A stretch of DNA of 48,081 bases from an uncultured Lachnospiraceae bacterium (lineage in GTDB: Bacteria; Bacillota; Clostridia; Lachnospirales; Lachnospiraceae). The notes beneath the pieces are model-generated. The model was not told the origin of the DNA. It saw only the letters and a list, made by a program, of their open reading frames with translations, and did not search any database. Within the stretch, counting starts at the first letter, position 1. Each line of letters opens with the position of its first letter. Below are positions 27,790-36,989 of the stretch, one piece after another. Position numbers and translations under genes: made by a program. Location of the stretch: the NCBI GenBank assembly GCA_948954545.1, contig CARCRR010000028.1, positions 1 through 48,081 of the forward strand, in the 5' to 3' direction.

Positions 27790-27911
27790 CAAGTCAAATC
27801 GGATATTCGCAATCCGCTTCGCTACTTGCTCATAACCTCATCAAGGAAGTCCCAACCCACCGCTTTCGCCTTGACGGCTTAGAAGCGGGGGACTCCCTTG
27901 ATGAGGTTAAA
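27790..27911 (+). repeat. Family-2 repeat, full copy.
   Basis: CAAGTCAAATCGGATATTCGCAATCCGCTTCGCTACTTGCTCATAACCTCATCAAGGAAGTCCCAACCCACCGCTTTCGCCTTGACGGCTTAGAAGCGGGGGACTCCCTTGATGAGGTTAAA. Confidence 0.85.
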
Positions 27912-28376
27912 TCCTTTTTCGACATATCATAATCAATTAGTAATTTCCATAGCGGTTTATATGAGAAGGACATAATCTAATACCACCTTTTTATTTTTAT
28001 CATAACAAATATATATTGAAGTTACAATACTTTTTCCATTAAGTTGCATTATTTCAGCTTAGACTATAGGAAAAACCTTTAATATTCATATGGCACAGTA
28101 TAAAACCAAAACGAAAACACCAAAACACAACCTTGTAAAAGGCATTGGGCGAAAATCCTTTCACAGGCAGTCAATAATATACTTACAGAAGAATTTCATA
28201 AAATGGAGAAAAAAGAAAACATTAAGAAAACCTTGCTGATATTCAGTCCCTATATCTGAAAATCAACAAGGTTTTTCACATACCTTTTGATGTAATTATT
28301 TCGTACATAATATTATAAATGTTGTTAAACCGTTACCAGACCCCAAACAAATCTACTTGTCTTTATTTTTATTTCT

Positions 28377-29099
28377 TTATTCTGAGGCAGCGGAATCCGA
28401 ATGATAACTATAACTATTACTCTCGCCTTCTCCACGCACGGTTAAATCTAAAGTAGTAATCGTGCCTTCATATTCTGCCGGTATTTGGAAAATTAAAACC
28501 GCCTGTTTCGTTTCATTTGCTGCAAATACTTCCTTAAAAGAAGCCAAATCATCCAGTAACATGGTAAGCTGTGCCCCAAATCGTTCCGTATCATTTACCC
28601 GACACCGGTAAGTTCTCTCTTTGGATAAAATATCGCACTCTTTTTCCTCTCCCGTCCGATTGGTAATATCAAACTTCATAACCAGCAGCCGTTTATTCTG
28701 CGTTGCCCTCATTGCAAAATAAGCATCTCCTGTATTCGGATATGTATTCGTCACTTCATACCCGGCATATTCTACCTCAAATCCTTCCGCTGCAATCCCT
28801 ACCGCTTCCGAAAGATTCTTTGCCGGTGCCTCCGTAGAAACAGGAAGATTCGGCGATATCTGCCCGCCCTGTCCGTTTTGTGATATATCTGCCGGAGCAG
28901 TTGGTGTAATATAAATATTCGGAATAGTCTCTATTACTTCGTCCTGCAATTTAGGCTGATAGGTATTTGAATATTTTAATAATACAGTTGCTGCATACTC
29001 TGCTATTAGATCACTTTCACTATCTGTCAATTCCACTGCTCCGCAGCCTGTTAAAAGTATCGTTGCTGCACATAACACAGTACATAGTCTCTTTTTCAT
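28377..29099 (-). CDS. Putative lipoprotein (signal peptide with lipobox LLTGC).
   Basis: MKKRLCTVLCAATILLTGCG N-terminus; no enzymatic motif. Confidence 0.6.
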   Translation of the reverse strand: MKKRLCTVLCAATILLTGCGAVELTDSESDLIAEYAATVLLKYSNTYQPKLQDEVIETIPNIYITPTAPADISQNGQGGQISPNLPVSTEAPAKNLSEAVGIAAEGFEVEYAGYEVTNTYPNTGDAYFAMRATQNKRLLVMKFDITNRTGEEKECDILSKERTYRCRVNDTERFGAQLTMLLDDLASFKEVFAANETKQAVLIFQIPAEYEGTITTLDLTVRGEGESNSYSYHSDSAASE

Positions 29100-29309
29100 C
29101 CTTCTTACCTCTCACTCTATTCATAAAATTTACAAAAAATTCCCGTCCTGCTTTCCTCTCTTCTCCTAATATATCACGAAATCTGCTTTTTCACAACCTG
29201 ATTTTACATTTTCACAATGCAAATTTCCTTTTTCAATCTAACAATACCCATTCCCAAGCAGTTCCATCTCGCCTTTTATTCTTTTTATTAATAAAAATAC
29301 AGGAAAAAA

Positions 29310-29562
29310 CAGCCAGAGTTTGGAAGCGATTCTTTTTTGCTGTGACTTCGGAGAAAAGTTAGAACGTCTTATGCCTCTGTCGATCCACTAGGATTTTTTG
29401 CCATTTCCAAATGGCAAAAAAAGGCACGTGTTTAGCCTCCTGCAGAGGCGAATTGCGTGCCGATCCGTCCGGTCAGATGCACCTAAACTCAGAGGCATTA
29501 GCCGTTCTTACTTTTCGGAGAGCGGAACAGCAAAAAAGAATCGCTTCCAAACTCTAGCGTCC
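29310..29562 (+). repeat. Family-1 foldback element, copy 4.
   Basis: Termini CAGCCAGAGT...ACTCTAGCGTCC. Both central hairpins carry compensatory substitutions (GCCATTT-cc-AAATGGC; GGCACG..GCCTC-ctgca-GAGGC..CGTGCC). Confidence 0.85.
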
Positions 29563-29596
29563 CCCTCCCCCATTTCCCTACAAAACTCCCATTTCC

Positions 29597-31111
29597 CTAC
29601 AAAACCCCCGTATCACTATCCACCTCAAACCAAAATTCCACCCCATTTTCCAAATTTCGAACCCCATATTCTTTATGATGAGCTTCCATAATCGCCTTTA
29701 CAATCGACAGCCCAATCCCGCTCCCTCCATACTCTCTTGTCCGTGCCTTATCCACCTTATAAAACTTAATCCAAACCTTCCCCAACTCCTCCTCTGGAAT
29801 CGGATTCCCTGTATTAAAAACAGACACCCTTACCGTATGCTCATTTTTTGTCAAAGAAACAACGATCTGCTTCTCTCCGCCTGCATAGTGAATCGCATTA
29901 CTAATATAATTCGTAACCACTTCCTCTAACTGATACTCATCTCCCCATACAAAAACCGGCTCCCGCTGCTCGAATAAAACCGTAATCTTGTCCTGCCTGC
30001 ATAAAATTTCAACCGACTGAATCACACCCAAAATCAATGCCGTCAAATCAAACCGCTCCATCGTAATCTGTTCCTGTCCAAATTCTAACTGATTTAAAGT
30101 CAGCAGTTTCTTTACCATTTTATTCATTTTATCTGCTTCATCTATAATTACTTCACAGTAAAACTCCCTGCTTTCTGCATCCTCATTAATCCCTTCTGCA
30201 AGCCCCTCCGCATATCCCTGAATCAATGCAATCGGCGTTTTTAATTCATGAGATACATTCGATAAAAATTCCTTCCTTATCTCCTCCATCTGAATCTTCT
30301 GCTCAATATCCTTTTGCAGTTCATTATTTGCCGACTTTAATTCAGAAATCGTATGCTCTAACTTTTTGGAAAGTTCATTCATACTCTGCCCTAACACACC
30401 GATTTCATCTTTATCGTGCCGCTCATACTTTGCCTCAAAATCTAAATTAGACATTTTCCCCGATAATTCTGCCAATTCCAACAAAGGTCTAGTCAAACGC
30501 CTAGTAATCGTAATCGAAATCATAATAGCTAAAATACTGACAATTCCTCCCACATAGGCAACAAAACGATTAGAAATCTCTACACTTTCCTTTATACTTT
30601 CCACTGGAATACGAAGCAGCATATATTCTCTGGTATTAGGCTCTACCCCGAATAATTCCAAAAAATTAGTCGAATAGCGACTATCTTTATTTCGAAAAAT
30701 ACTATAATCCTCTTCCCTTTTTAAAGTCACCGCACTATTCTCAATTCCAAATAAATAAGGCATTACCAAATCCTGCAGGGTCTGCACATTGTGCACATTA
30801 TAATAAACTGGTTTTAACATTCCTGTATTGGCATCCAAAATAATAAATGTAATATTGGATTTTTGGCACAACCCCTCTAACTCCAATGCTACCTCATCCG
30901 CCTTTTTATTACTCTGTACCAATTCACACATACTCACATAAGCATTTTCCAATTTTGTCTGTTTACTAATTAAATAATAATCTTCTAAAAATCGATTATT
31001 AATCAATAAAAGCAAAAAAACTGTACCAAAAGTCGCAAATAACATTAATGCTATTATTTTGGTTCGAATAGAATATTGTATTTTCCCTACTAAACCTGCT
31101 ATTTTACTCAT
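29597..31111 (-). CDS. Sensor histidine kinase (TM-HAMP-HisKA-HATPase).
   Basis: H-box SHELKTP; ATPase N/G boxes (NAIHY.., GGSGIGLSIV). Confidence 0.9.
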   Translation of the reverse strand: MSKIAGLVGKIQYSIRTKIIALMLFATFGTVFLLLLINNRFLEDYYLISKQTKLENAYVSMCELVQSNKKADEVALELEGLCQKSNITFIILDANTGMLKPVYYNVHNVQTLQDLVMPYLFGIENSAVTLKREEDYSIFRNKDSRYSTNFLELFGVEPNTREYMLLRIPVESIKESVEISNRFVAYVGGIVSILAIMISITITRRLTRPLLELAELSGKMSNLDFEAKYERHDKDEIGVLGQSMNELSKKLEHTISELKSANNELQKDIEQKIQMEEIRKEFLSNVSHELKTPIALIQGYAEGLAEGINEDAESREFYCEVIIDEADKMNKMVKKLLTLNQLEFGQEQITMERFDLTALILGVIQSVEILCRQDKITVLFEQREPVFVWGDEYQLEEVVTNYISNAIHYAGGEKQIVVSLTKNEHTVRVSVFNTGNPIPEEELGKVWIKFYKVDKARTREYGGSGIGLSIVKAIMEAHHKEYGVRNLENGVEFWFEVDSDTGVL

Positions 31112-31152
31112 CTCTTTCTCTAATACCTTTCTGCTTTTATCCCTCTGATTCC

Positions 31153-31833
31153 TTATTTTCCCGGTTCAAATTTATATCCCATTCCCCATATGGTTTTAAT
31201 ATATTCCCCTTTTTCCCCCATTTTACTCCTTAATTTTTTTACATGTGTATCAATGGTTCTAGCATCCCCAAAATAATCATAATTCCAAACATGATTTAAA
31301 ATCTTTTCCCGAGACAACGCCAGCCCCTGATTCTCAATAAAATACGTCAATAACTCAAACTCTTTAAAACTAAGTTCTACATCCTCTCCATCAATTGTAA
31401 CTTTATGTGCAGCCTTATCCAGACGAATTCCTCCTATCTCAATCGCTTCATCCATACCAAGCACATTGGTACGGCGTAAAATAGCTTCTACTCTTGCCAC
31501 TAAAATTTTAGGGCTAAACGGTTTTGAGATATATTCATCCACGCCCAATTCAAATCCCAGCAGTTCGTCCCGCTCATCTCCCTTTGCTGTCAGCATAATA
31601 ATCGGTACCTTTGAATGTTGTCTAATCTCTCTGCAGACTTGCCAGCCGTCCATCTTCGGCATCATAATATCCAATATTAAAAGTGCAATCTCTTTTTCCT
31701 GAAAAAAAATATCAATCGCTTCTTCTCCGTTCTCTGCTTCTAAAACCTCAAAATTCTTTTTCACCAAAAAATCCCGTACCAATTTTCTCATTCGGCTTTC
31801 ATCGTCAATCACCAGAATTTTTAACTTTTCCAT
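31153..31833 (-). CDS. OmpR-family response regulator.
   Basis: Receiver domain (DD..D54..K) plus a winged-helix C-terminus. Confidence 0.9.
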   Translation of the reverse strand: MEKLKILVIDDESRMRKLVRDFLVKKNFEVLEAENGEEAIDIFFQEKEIALLILDIMMPKMDGWQVCREIRQHSKVPIIMLTAKGDERDELLGFELGVDEYISKPFSPKILVARVEAILRRTNVLGMDEAIEIGGIRLDKAAHKVTIDGEDVELSFKEFELLTYFIENQGLALSREKILNHVWNYDYFGDARTIDTHVKKLRSKMGEKGEYIKTIWGMGYKFEPGK

Positions 31834-31902
31834 TTTATTCCTTCTTTCTTTTCGTTCTAATCTCTGGATCTTTTTCTATTTAAAAATTATCATAAAGTTA
31901 TG

Positions 31903-32517
31903 TTAATTTTGTGAATCTTTCCCGAAAAGTTCCTTTTCTTTTGCCTTTAATTCTTTTTCCCTTTCTTTTAATTCTGCTTCTTTCTGCTGTAAATCTTTTT
32001 CCCATGATATATATTTATTAATCAATGTATTCTCATAATTTAATATATTGACATGATTACTATTTAGTGTAATATAAGCCATAATCAATATAGCAGCAAT
32101 CAACAAAATATTTAAAATAAGGGCATGATAATATTTCTGCCGATAATAAAGACTTGTATTTTTTTTATTTTTCTGAGCAATTCGTTCTTCTTTTTCCGCT
32201 CTGTCCCTCTCTCTTACCCGCAGCCACTGTTCATCCTCTAACTGAAATCCATATATTCTCTGATTCTCGATCTCTTTTGCCTCTAACAACCGCTCTTTCC
32301 ATTCCCTTAAAAATTTTGTCCCAACTTCTGTTTTCAATACATTGCGTTCTGCCAATTTGTTATATACAGCAAGTGCAACCTCCATATTTTCCATATCATT
32401 TTGCGACAAAATATACTGTATCCCTTCCCACTCTTTTTTTGCCTTTTTCGCTTCCACCGGATCTCTGTAAGTAATCCCGTAAATGGTTTCTCCTTTAGCC
32501 ATACCGCTTTTCTCCAT
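31903..32517 (-). CDS. Hypothetical single-pass membrane protein.
   Basis: ORF with one TM (ALILNILLIAAILIMAYI) and a coiled-coil C-terminus. Confidence 0.4.
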   Translation of the reverse strand: MEKSGMAKGETIYGITYRDPVEAKKAKKEWEGIQYILSQNDMENMEVALAVYNKLAERNVLKTEVGTKFLREWKERLLEAKEIENQRIYGFQLEDEQWLRVRERDRAEKEERIAQKNKKNTSLYYRQKYYHALILNILLIAAILIMAYITLNSNHVNILNYENTLINKYISWEKDLQQKEAELKEREKELKAKEKELFGKDSQN

Positions 32518-32537
32518 TTCTTTTAGTCAAAGGAAAT

Positions 32538-32690
32538 AAGGAAATTCGGAATCCGCTCCTTCCTCATAATCCTATGCTGCTATCGCTGCTTGTCAGATGG
32601 GACTTTCCCCCAGCTGACACAAGGAAGTCCCCCAACCCACCGCTTTCGCCTTCACGGCTTAGAAGCAGGGGACTTCCTTGATAGGTTAAA
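32538..32690 (+). repeat. Family-2 repeat, variant copy with an extra middle hairpin module.
   Basis: …ATTCGGAATCCGCTCC…TGTCAGATGGGACTTTCCCCCAGCTGACA…CAAGGAAGTCCCCCAACCCACCGCTTTCGCCTTCACGGCTTAGAAGCAGGGGACTTCCTTGATAGGTTAAAA. Confidence 0.75.
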
Positions 32691-32739
32691 AAACACAAAA
32701 GCCCCGGATCTCTCCGGGACTTACTCTGCCGCAAAATCA

Positions 32740-33201
32740 TTAAAAATCAACACGTCCTGCATTTTTGCCGTTGATCACATAATATACAGCGGCTTCTTCT
32801 GGCTTAATATAAATATCTAACTTTTTAATCGATCCGGCACGATGTCCTTCTGATTCCCAAGCCTTCTTTACTCTATCTTCAATATCTACTATATTAACTT
32901 CTTTATTTGCATATTGAATATAAATCTGTTTTTCCTGACCGTTCTCTTTCTTAACAGCTTCCTTCTTTGCAGCCCCTCTTTTCCCTGCTGCTTCTGTTTC
33001 TTTCTTTGCTGTTCCTCTCTTTGCCCTTGGTTTTCTCTGCTTTAGAACGGATGTCTCTCCGTCATTTTCCATAAACAACTCATCCAAAGAAGCCTCTTCC
33101 AATTTTGCTTCTGCCGGCTTACTTTCCACTGCTTCCGGCATCACTGCTGATTGAGTCTTTTCTGCGATTTCATTTTCTGTTCCTTTTTTCCTTCTTGGCA
33201 T
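32740..33201 (-). CDS. Hypothetical Lys/Ala/Glu-rich protein.
   Basis: ORF only. Confidence 0.4.
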   Translation of the reverse strand: MPRRKKGTENEIAEKTQSAVMPEAVESKPAEAKLEEASLDELFMENDGETSVLKQRKPRAKRGTAKKETEAAGKRGAAKKEAVKKENGQEKQIYIQYANKEVNIVDIEDRVKKAWESEGHRAGSIKKLDIYIKPEEAAVYYVINGKNAGRVDF

Positions 33202-33220
33202 ATATATCCCTCCTTCACAA

Positions 33221-33472
33221 TTAACAACCTAAATATGCTGCCATACTCTCCATTGCCGCATCTTCATCTGCACCATCTGCATATATTGTAACACTCATCC
33301 CTTTATGAAGTGTCAGTGCCATCATACCCATGATACTCTTGGCATTTACCTTACGTGTTCCATTCTCCAAATAAATAGAGCTTTCATATTGACAAGCAAT
33401 CTGCACTAGCTTTGCTACCGGATTTAATTCTTCTTCCGCAGGTGCACCAACCAAAACTGTCTTGCTTTCCAT
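33221..33472 (-). CDS. HPr-like protein (PTS HPr fold) lacking the His15 phospho-acceptor; Ser46 region retained.
   Basis: Aligns to HPr (KSIMGMMALTLHKGMSVTIYADGADEDAAMESM), but position 15 is Asn/Leu (…EELNPVAKLVQ…). The start was chosen at ATG 33472, which has the RBS GAGGAGGAG 8 nt upstream. The longer ORF to 33715 would overlap tRNA-Pro. Confidence 0.65.
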   Translation of the reverse strand: MESKTVLVGAPAEEELNPVAKLVQIACQYESSIYLENGTRKVNAKSIMGMMALTLHKGMSVTIYADGADEDAAMESMAAYLGC

Positions 33473-33636
33473 TCTATACTCCTCCTCTAATTGCATACCA
33501 ATTCCTTTTTTTCTCTTTTTCGTTCCTTTCGGCACAAATAGCTTTTCGAATATACTATATAACACAAACAACCATTTTGGCAAGCACTTTCGAAAAAAAA
33601 AATTAGCAGACGCGATCCGCATCTGCTTAAATTCAG

Positions 33637-33710
33637 TCGAGGTGACGTGATTCGAACACGCGACTTCTACGTCCCGAACGTAGCGCTCTACCAAACTGAG
33701 CCACACCTCG
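33637..33710 (-). tRNA. tRNA-Pro (anticodon CGG), 74 nt, CCA not encoded.
   Basis: Manual fold of CGAGGTG-TG-GCTC-AGTTTGGTA-GAGC-G-CTACG-TTCGGGA-CGTAG-AAGTC-GCGTG-TTCGAAT-CACGT-CACCTCG-A. Confidence 0.85.
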
Positions 33711-33736
33711 AACATAACACGGTTACGTTTAACCGA

Positions 33737-34099
33737 TGGAGCTGAGGGGAATCGAACCCCTGTCCGAAGACTCCTCCATCAAAGCATCTCCCACCACAGT
33801 CCCTGTTTTATGCATAGCCTTTTTCTATACGGTTCCCTCTATCGGACACCCATGGACAGGTTTCCGGCTTTAGTAGCTTCATTTTTCTTTTATACCCTCA
33901 AAGCTTTGGATACAAAGTTCCTTACCTCCTTGATGCCGGATTCTTAAGCAGTAAGCTACCTAAGAGCGACAGCTGCTATTAAGCAGCGAACGCGTAATCT
34001 TCGTTTGCGTTTATATTTAATTTTCGGTTTACTAATGCGGTTCCGACCCGCAGGTGGCTTCTCCAACTTCATAATCCCCGTCGAAACCAGTACAACCCC
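33737..34099 (-). ncRNA. ssrA: tmRNA (ssrA), ~363 nt.
   Basis: 5' GGGGTTGTACTGGTTTCGACGGGGAT…, with a G3·U acceptor pair. 3' …GGGGTTCGATTCCCCTCAGCTCCA (tRNA-Ala-like T-arm and acceptor). The internal tag reading frame is GCA AAC GAA GAT TAC GCG TTC GCT GCT TAA, predicted tag ANEDYAFAA. Confidence 0.85.
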
Positions 34100-34265
34100 G
34101 AATTTTTCAATTCTTTCAGTTGAATGGTTCTTACAGAACAATAGTTATTATACTGATAAAATAATCATTCGTCAAGTATTTTTTTTTATTTTTTAAAAAA
34201 AGTCCAATAAAACAAAAAACCTCTTTCCTGCTTTAACTGCCCTTTTCCTCCCAATACTTATGTAC

Positions 34266-34350
34266 GCAAAAAAAGACTGCTGCAAAACAATAAATAGTAT
34301 TATGATTGCCCCTATATTCTATAAAATTACTATATTTTGCAGCAGCCCCT
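34266..34350 (-). terminator. Intrinsic terminator with a 12-bp stem and a large loop, downstream of the MCP-fragment gene.
   Basis: On the minus strand: GGCUGCUGCAAAA…(≈45-nt loop)…UUUUGCAGCAGUC followed by UUUUUUU. Confidence 0.45.
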
Positions 34351-34354
34351 TTTT

Positions 34355-34663
34355 CTATTTTTCCAATTTTTTCATCTCTAAAATAATTCGATCCAAATCT
34401 TCTAACGACTGCTTAATAGAACTATTTACCGCTGCTGAACTGCTTGCCAATTCCCCGACTTTTGTAGCAACAATCGCAAATCCTTTTCCGGCATCTCCGG
34501 CTCGTGCTGCTTCTATTGAAGCATTCAATGCTAAAATTTTTTGCTGACTTTCAATTTTATCCAAATTTTTTGTCTTATCTAAAATTTCCCTAATACAATC
34601 GTCTGCCCGATCAATACAAGCCTTTAACTCCTCAAATTGAACTCCTGTTTCTTTCGTCTCCAT
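34355..34663 (-). CDS. Stand-alone methyl-accepting-chemotaxis-protein signalling-domain fragment (102 aa).
   Basis: Contains the highly conserved MCP core [30 protein letters not shown] but no sensor, TM or HAMP domain. Confidence 0.5.
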   Translation of the reverse strand: METKETGVQFEELKACIDRADDCIREILDKTKNLDKIESQQKILALNASIEAARAGDAGKGFAIVATKVGELASSSAAVNSSIKQSLEDLDRIILEMKKLEK

Positions 34664-34704
34664 AGAATTATTCCTCGCCCTCTCTTCTCTTATTTTCTTT
34701 ATCC

Positions 34705-35622
34705 TTATTTTAAAAACCCATTTACAATCTGTGCCTCAGCCTCACTCTCTGTTAGTCCAAGCGTCATTAACTTAATGATCTGTTCTCCAGCAATCTTTCC
34801 AATCGCCGCCTCATGAATCAGACTTGCCTCCAGATGATTTGCCGTAATTTCAGGAATTGCACTAATATTGGCACGATCCATAATAATAGCATCACATTCC
34901 GTATGTCCGTTACACTTATTATTCCCATTAATCTTTGAAAAAAAGATCTGTCTAGAATCATCTTTTGCCACTGCCCTAGAAATCACATTCGTTCCAGAAC
35001 CTTCCCCATCCAAATCCACCTCAAAGGAAGTCTCTGCCACTTGTTTTCCATGTGTCATCAGCTTCTCTTTAATCACCAAAGTTGCATAGTCAGCCAGTTT
35101 TGCCTTAGTAGAACGCTTAGTAGAATCCACTCCCCGAATCTGAACGGTCTCCATCTCCATATAACTGCCTTCTCCTAATTCCACAACCGTCTGCGGATTC
35201 ATAATCCGTTCTCCTGTTCCTTCCCCGCTTCCATAATGCTTTTCCACATATCGCACTTTTGCATTTTTCCCAACAAAAAAACTATGAATTCCATCATGCC
35301 GAGTTTCCTTTGCTCCACCATTATGAATTCCGCACCCTGCAACAATTGTAATATCGCAGTCATCTCCTATGTAAAAATCATTATACACCATCTCTGTCAG
35401 TCCGCTCTGACTAAGCAGCACCGGAATATGCACACTCTCCTTTTTTGTTCCCGGCTTAATTCGAATATCAATCCCCTGTTTATCCTCTTTTGTTACAATA
35501 TCAATATTAGCGGTCGTATTCCTCTCCGCACTGACACCATTTGCACGAATATTGTATGCTCCCTGCGGCACTTCATGAAGTCCTGCTACCTGTTCAAGCA
35601 AGGTCTTTTGAATCTCATCCAT
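34705..35622 (-). CDS. SufB/SufD-family Fe-S cluster assembly protein.
   Basis: Beta-helix SufBD-type repeats. It lies immediately downstream of the SufC ATPase gene with a 2-nt gap. Confidence 0.7.
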   Translation of the reverse strand: MDEIQKTLLEQVAGLHEVPQGAYNIRANGVSAERNTTANIDIVTKEDKQGIDIRIKPGTKKESVHIPVLLSQSGLTEMVYNDFYIGDDCDITIVAGCGIHNGGAKETRHDGIHSFFVGKNAKVRYVEKHYGSGEGTGERIMNPQTVVELGEGSYMEMETVQIRGVDSTKRSTKAKLADYATLVIKEKLMTHGKQVAETSFEVDLDGEGSGTNVISRAVAKDDSRQIFFSKINGNNKCNGHTECDAIIMDRANISAIPEITANHLEASLIHEAAIGKIAGEQIIKLMTLGLTESEAEAQIVNGFLK

Positions 35623-35624
35623 CT

Positions 35625-36359
35625 CTACACCTCCCTTTTCTGATAATACCTGCAGGAACTTGTACCAGATAGCAATTCCGGCAAAATCTCATCCTTCTTT
35701 CCAATTGCCTGAATGGATCCATTTGCAATCACCACAATCTCATCCGCAATATTCAAAATCCGCTCCTGATGAGAAATAATCATAATCGAACGTTTCTGTT
35801 CCTGATAAAGTCTTTCAAATACATCGATCAAATTACTAAAACTCCACAAATCAATCCCCGCTTCCGGCTCATCAAACACAGAGAGTTTCGATGCCCGTGC
35901 CATCACAGTCGCTATCTCAATCCGCTTTAATTCCCCGCCGGAAAGACTGCCATCCACTTCCCGATTAATATAATCCCTAGCACAAAGCCCCACCTCAGAC
36001 AAATAATTACAAGCTCCGGCAACCGTCAGCTTCTTTTCTTTTCCTGCCGCCAGCATAATCAGATCCTTTACTGTAACCCCCTTAAACCGCACCGGCTGCT
36101 GAAAAGCAAAACTAATTCCTGCCTTTGCCCGTTCTGTAATGGTCATCTCTGTAATATCCACCCCATCAAATAAAATTCTTCCCATGGTTGGCTTTTCAAT
36201 TCCGACAATTAACTTAGCAAGCGTTGATTTTCCTCCGCCATTCGGTCCGGTTACAGCAATAAACTTTGTATTATCCACAGTTAAACTAATATTCCGTAAA
36301 ATCTCTTTTTTCTGATTTTCTCCTTCCACTTCAAAGGAAACATTCTGTAATTCCAGCAT
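35625..36359 (-). CDS. sufC: Fe-S cluster assembly ATPase SufC.
   Basis: ABC ATPase with Walker A GPNGGGKST, signature LSGGELKR, Walker B SVFDEPEAGIDL, and SufC-like length. Confidence 0.85.
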   Translation of the reverse strand: MLELQNVSFEVEGENQKKEILRNISLTVDNTKFIAVTGPNGGGKSTLAKLIVGIEKPTMGRILFDGVDITEMTITERAKAGISFAFQQPVRFKGVTVKDLIMLAAGKEKKLTVAGACNYLSEVGLCARDYINREVDGSLSGGELKRIEIATVMARASKLSVFDEPEAGIDLWSFSNLIDVFERLYQEQKRSIMIISHQERILNIADEIVVIANGSIQAIGKKDEILPELLSGTSSCRYYQKREV

Positions 36360-36483
36360 TTTTCTTTATCCCTTTATGCCTTTCTTCCCGATCATTCCAC
36401 TCGGTAAATAATCCTATCATTTCCAAAATTTTCTATTCCATTTCTAAATGATATACTTATTATAGTTTTTCCTAGCAAAAAAG

Positions 36484-36720
36484 TCAACTATTCTCCTGAG
36501 ATGCTTTTTCCTCTTGTGCTTTCTTTTTTCGATTCCGTGTCCCAAGAATTCCGCCGATACGTCCGGTTTCCCGTGCAGAAAGCGTTCCCCATCCCCCTTT
36601 CAGCACTTTATCCAACACCCCAATTTCCTCTGCAATTTCTAATTTCATCTCATCCTCTGGTGTTAAATTCTCTAAATCAATTTCTTTCTTTTTCTTAGTC
36701 GGCATTACTCTCTCCTCCAA
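36484..36720 (-). CDS. Possible small acid-soluble spore protein (alpha/beta-type-like), divergent.
   Basis: 78 aa; KLEIAEEIGV…G…TGRIGG resembles the SASP alpha/beta helix-turn-helix core. Confidence 0.4.
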   Translation of the reverse strand: MEERVMPTKKKKEIDLENLTPEDEMKLEIAEEIGVLDKVLKGGWGTLSARETGRIGGILGTRNRKKKAQEEKASQENS

Positions 36721-36848
36721 TACTCTAATTTTACCAAGAGTATTTCCCTAATTTTCAAGGCTTATTCAATTTCTAAAGAAAAGTTATCAGAAAAAAGGAA
36801 AACCACTTCAGCAATTATAAACCAGATATTGGTATTGTAGAACCGGAC

Positions 36849-36988
36849 GCAGGTAGCATAGAGAGATTCTTTGCTGGGGCCGTTTGCACTAAGGCTTCCT
36901 CGCAGCGGACACATAAGGCACGAAAAGACCGTGCCTAAGTGCCGGCGGGAAGCAATACCCCTGCAAAGATTCTCTCTATGCTACCCGC
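36849..36988 (+). repeat. Family-3 unit C, 140 bp. Outer arms GCAGGTAGCATAGAGA / TCTCTATGCTACCCGC; GATTC on both sides.
   Basis: Same 98-bp core as unit A. Confidence 0.85.
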
Positions 36989-36989
36989 T

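Noticed and set aside
28232-28290. Long-loop hairpin AAAACCTTG…CAAGGTTTT downstream of the lipoprotein gene as a terminator.
   Set aside because: The T-run on the relevant strand is weak and the loop is ~32 nt. It was left unannotated.
33221-33715. 164-aa ORF extending the HPr-like gene upstream across tRNA-Pro.
   Set aside because: The extension overlaps the tRNA-Pro gene and lacks similarity to anything. The internal ATG at 33472 has a strong GAGGAGGAG RBS and gives a full HPr-fold protein.
33956-34141. 61-aa ORF inside the tmRNA gene.
   Set aside because: It is in a different frame from the tag reading frame and embedded in a structural RNA.
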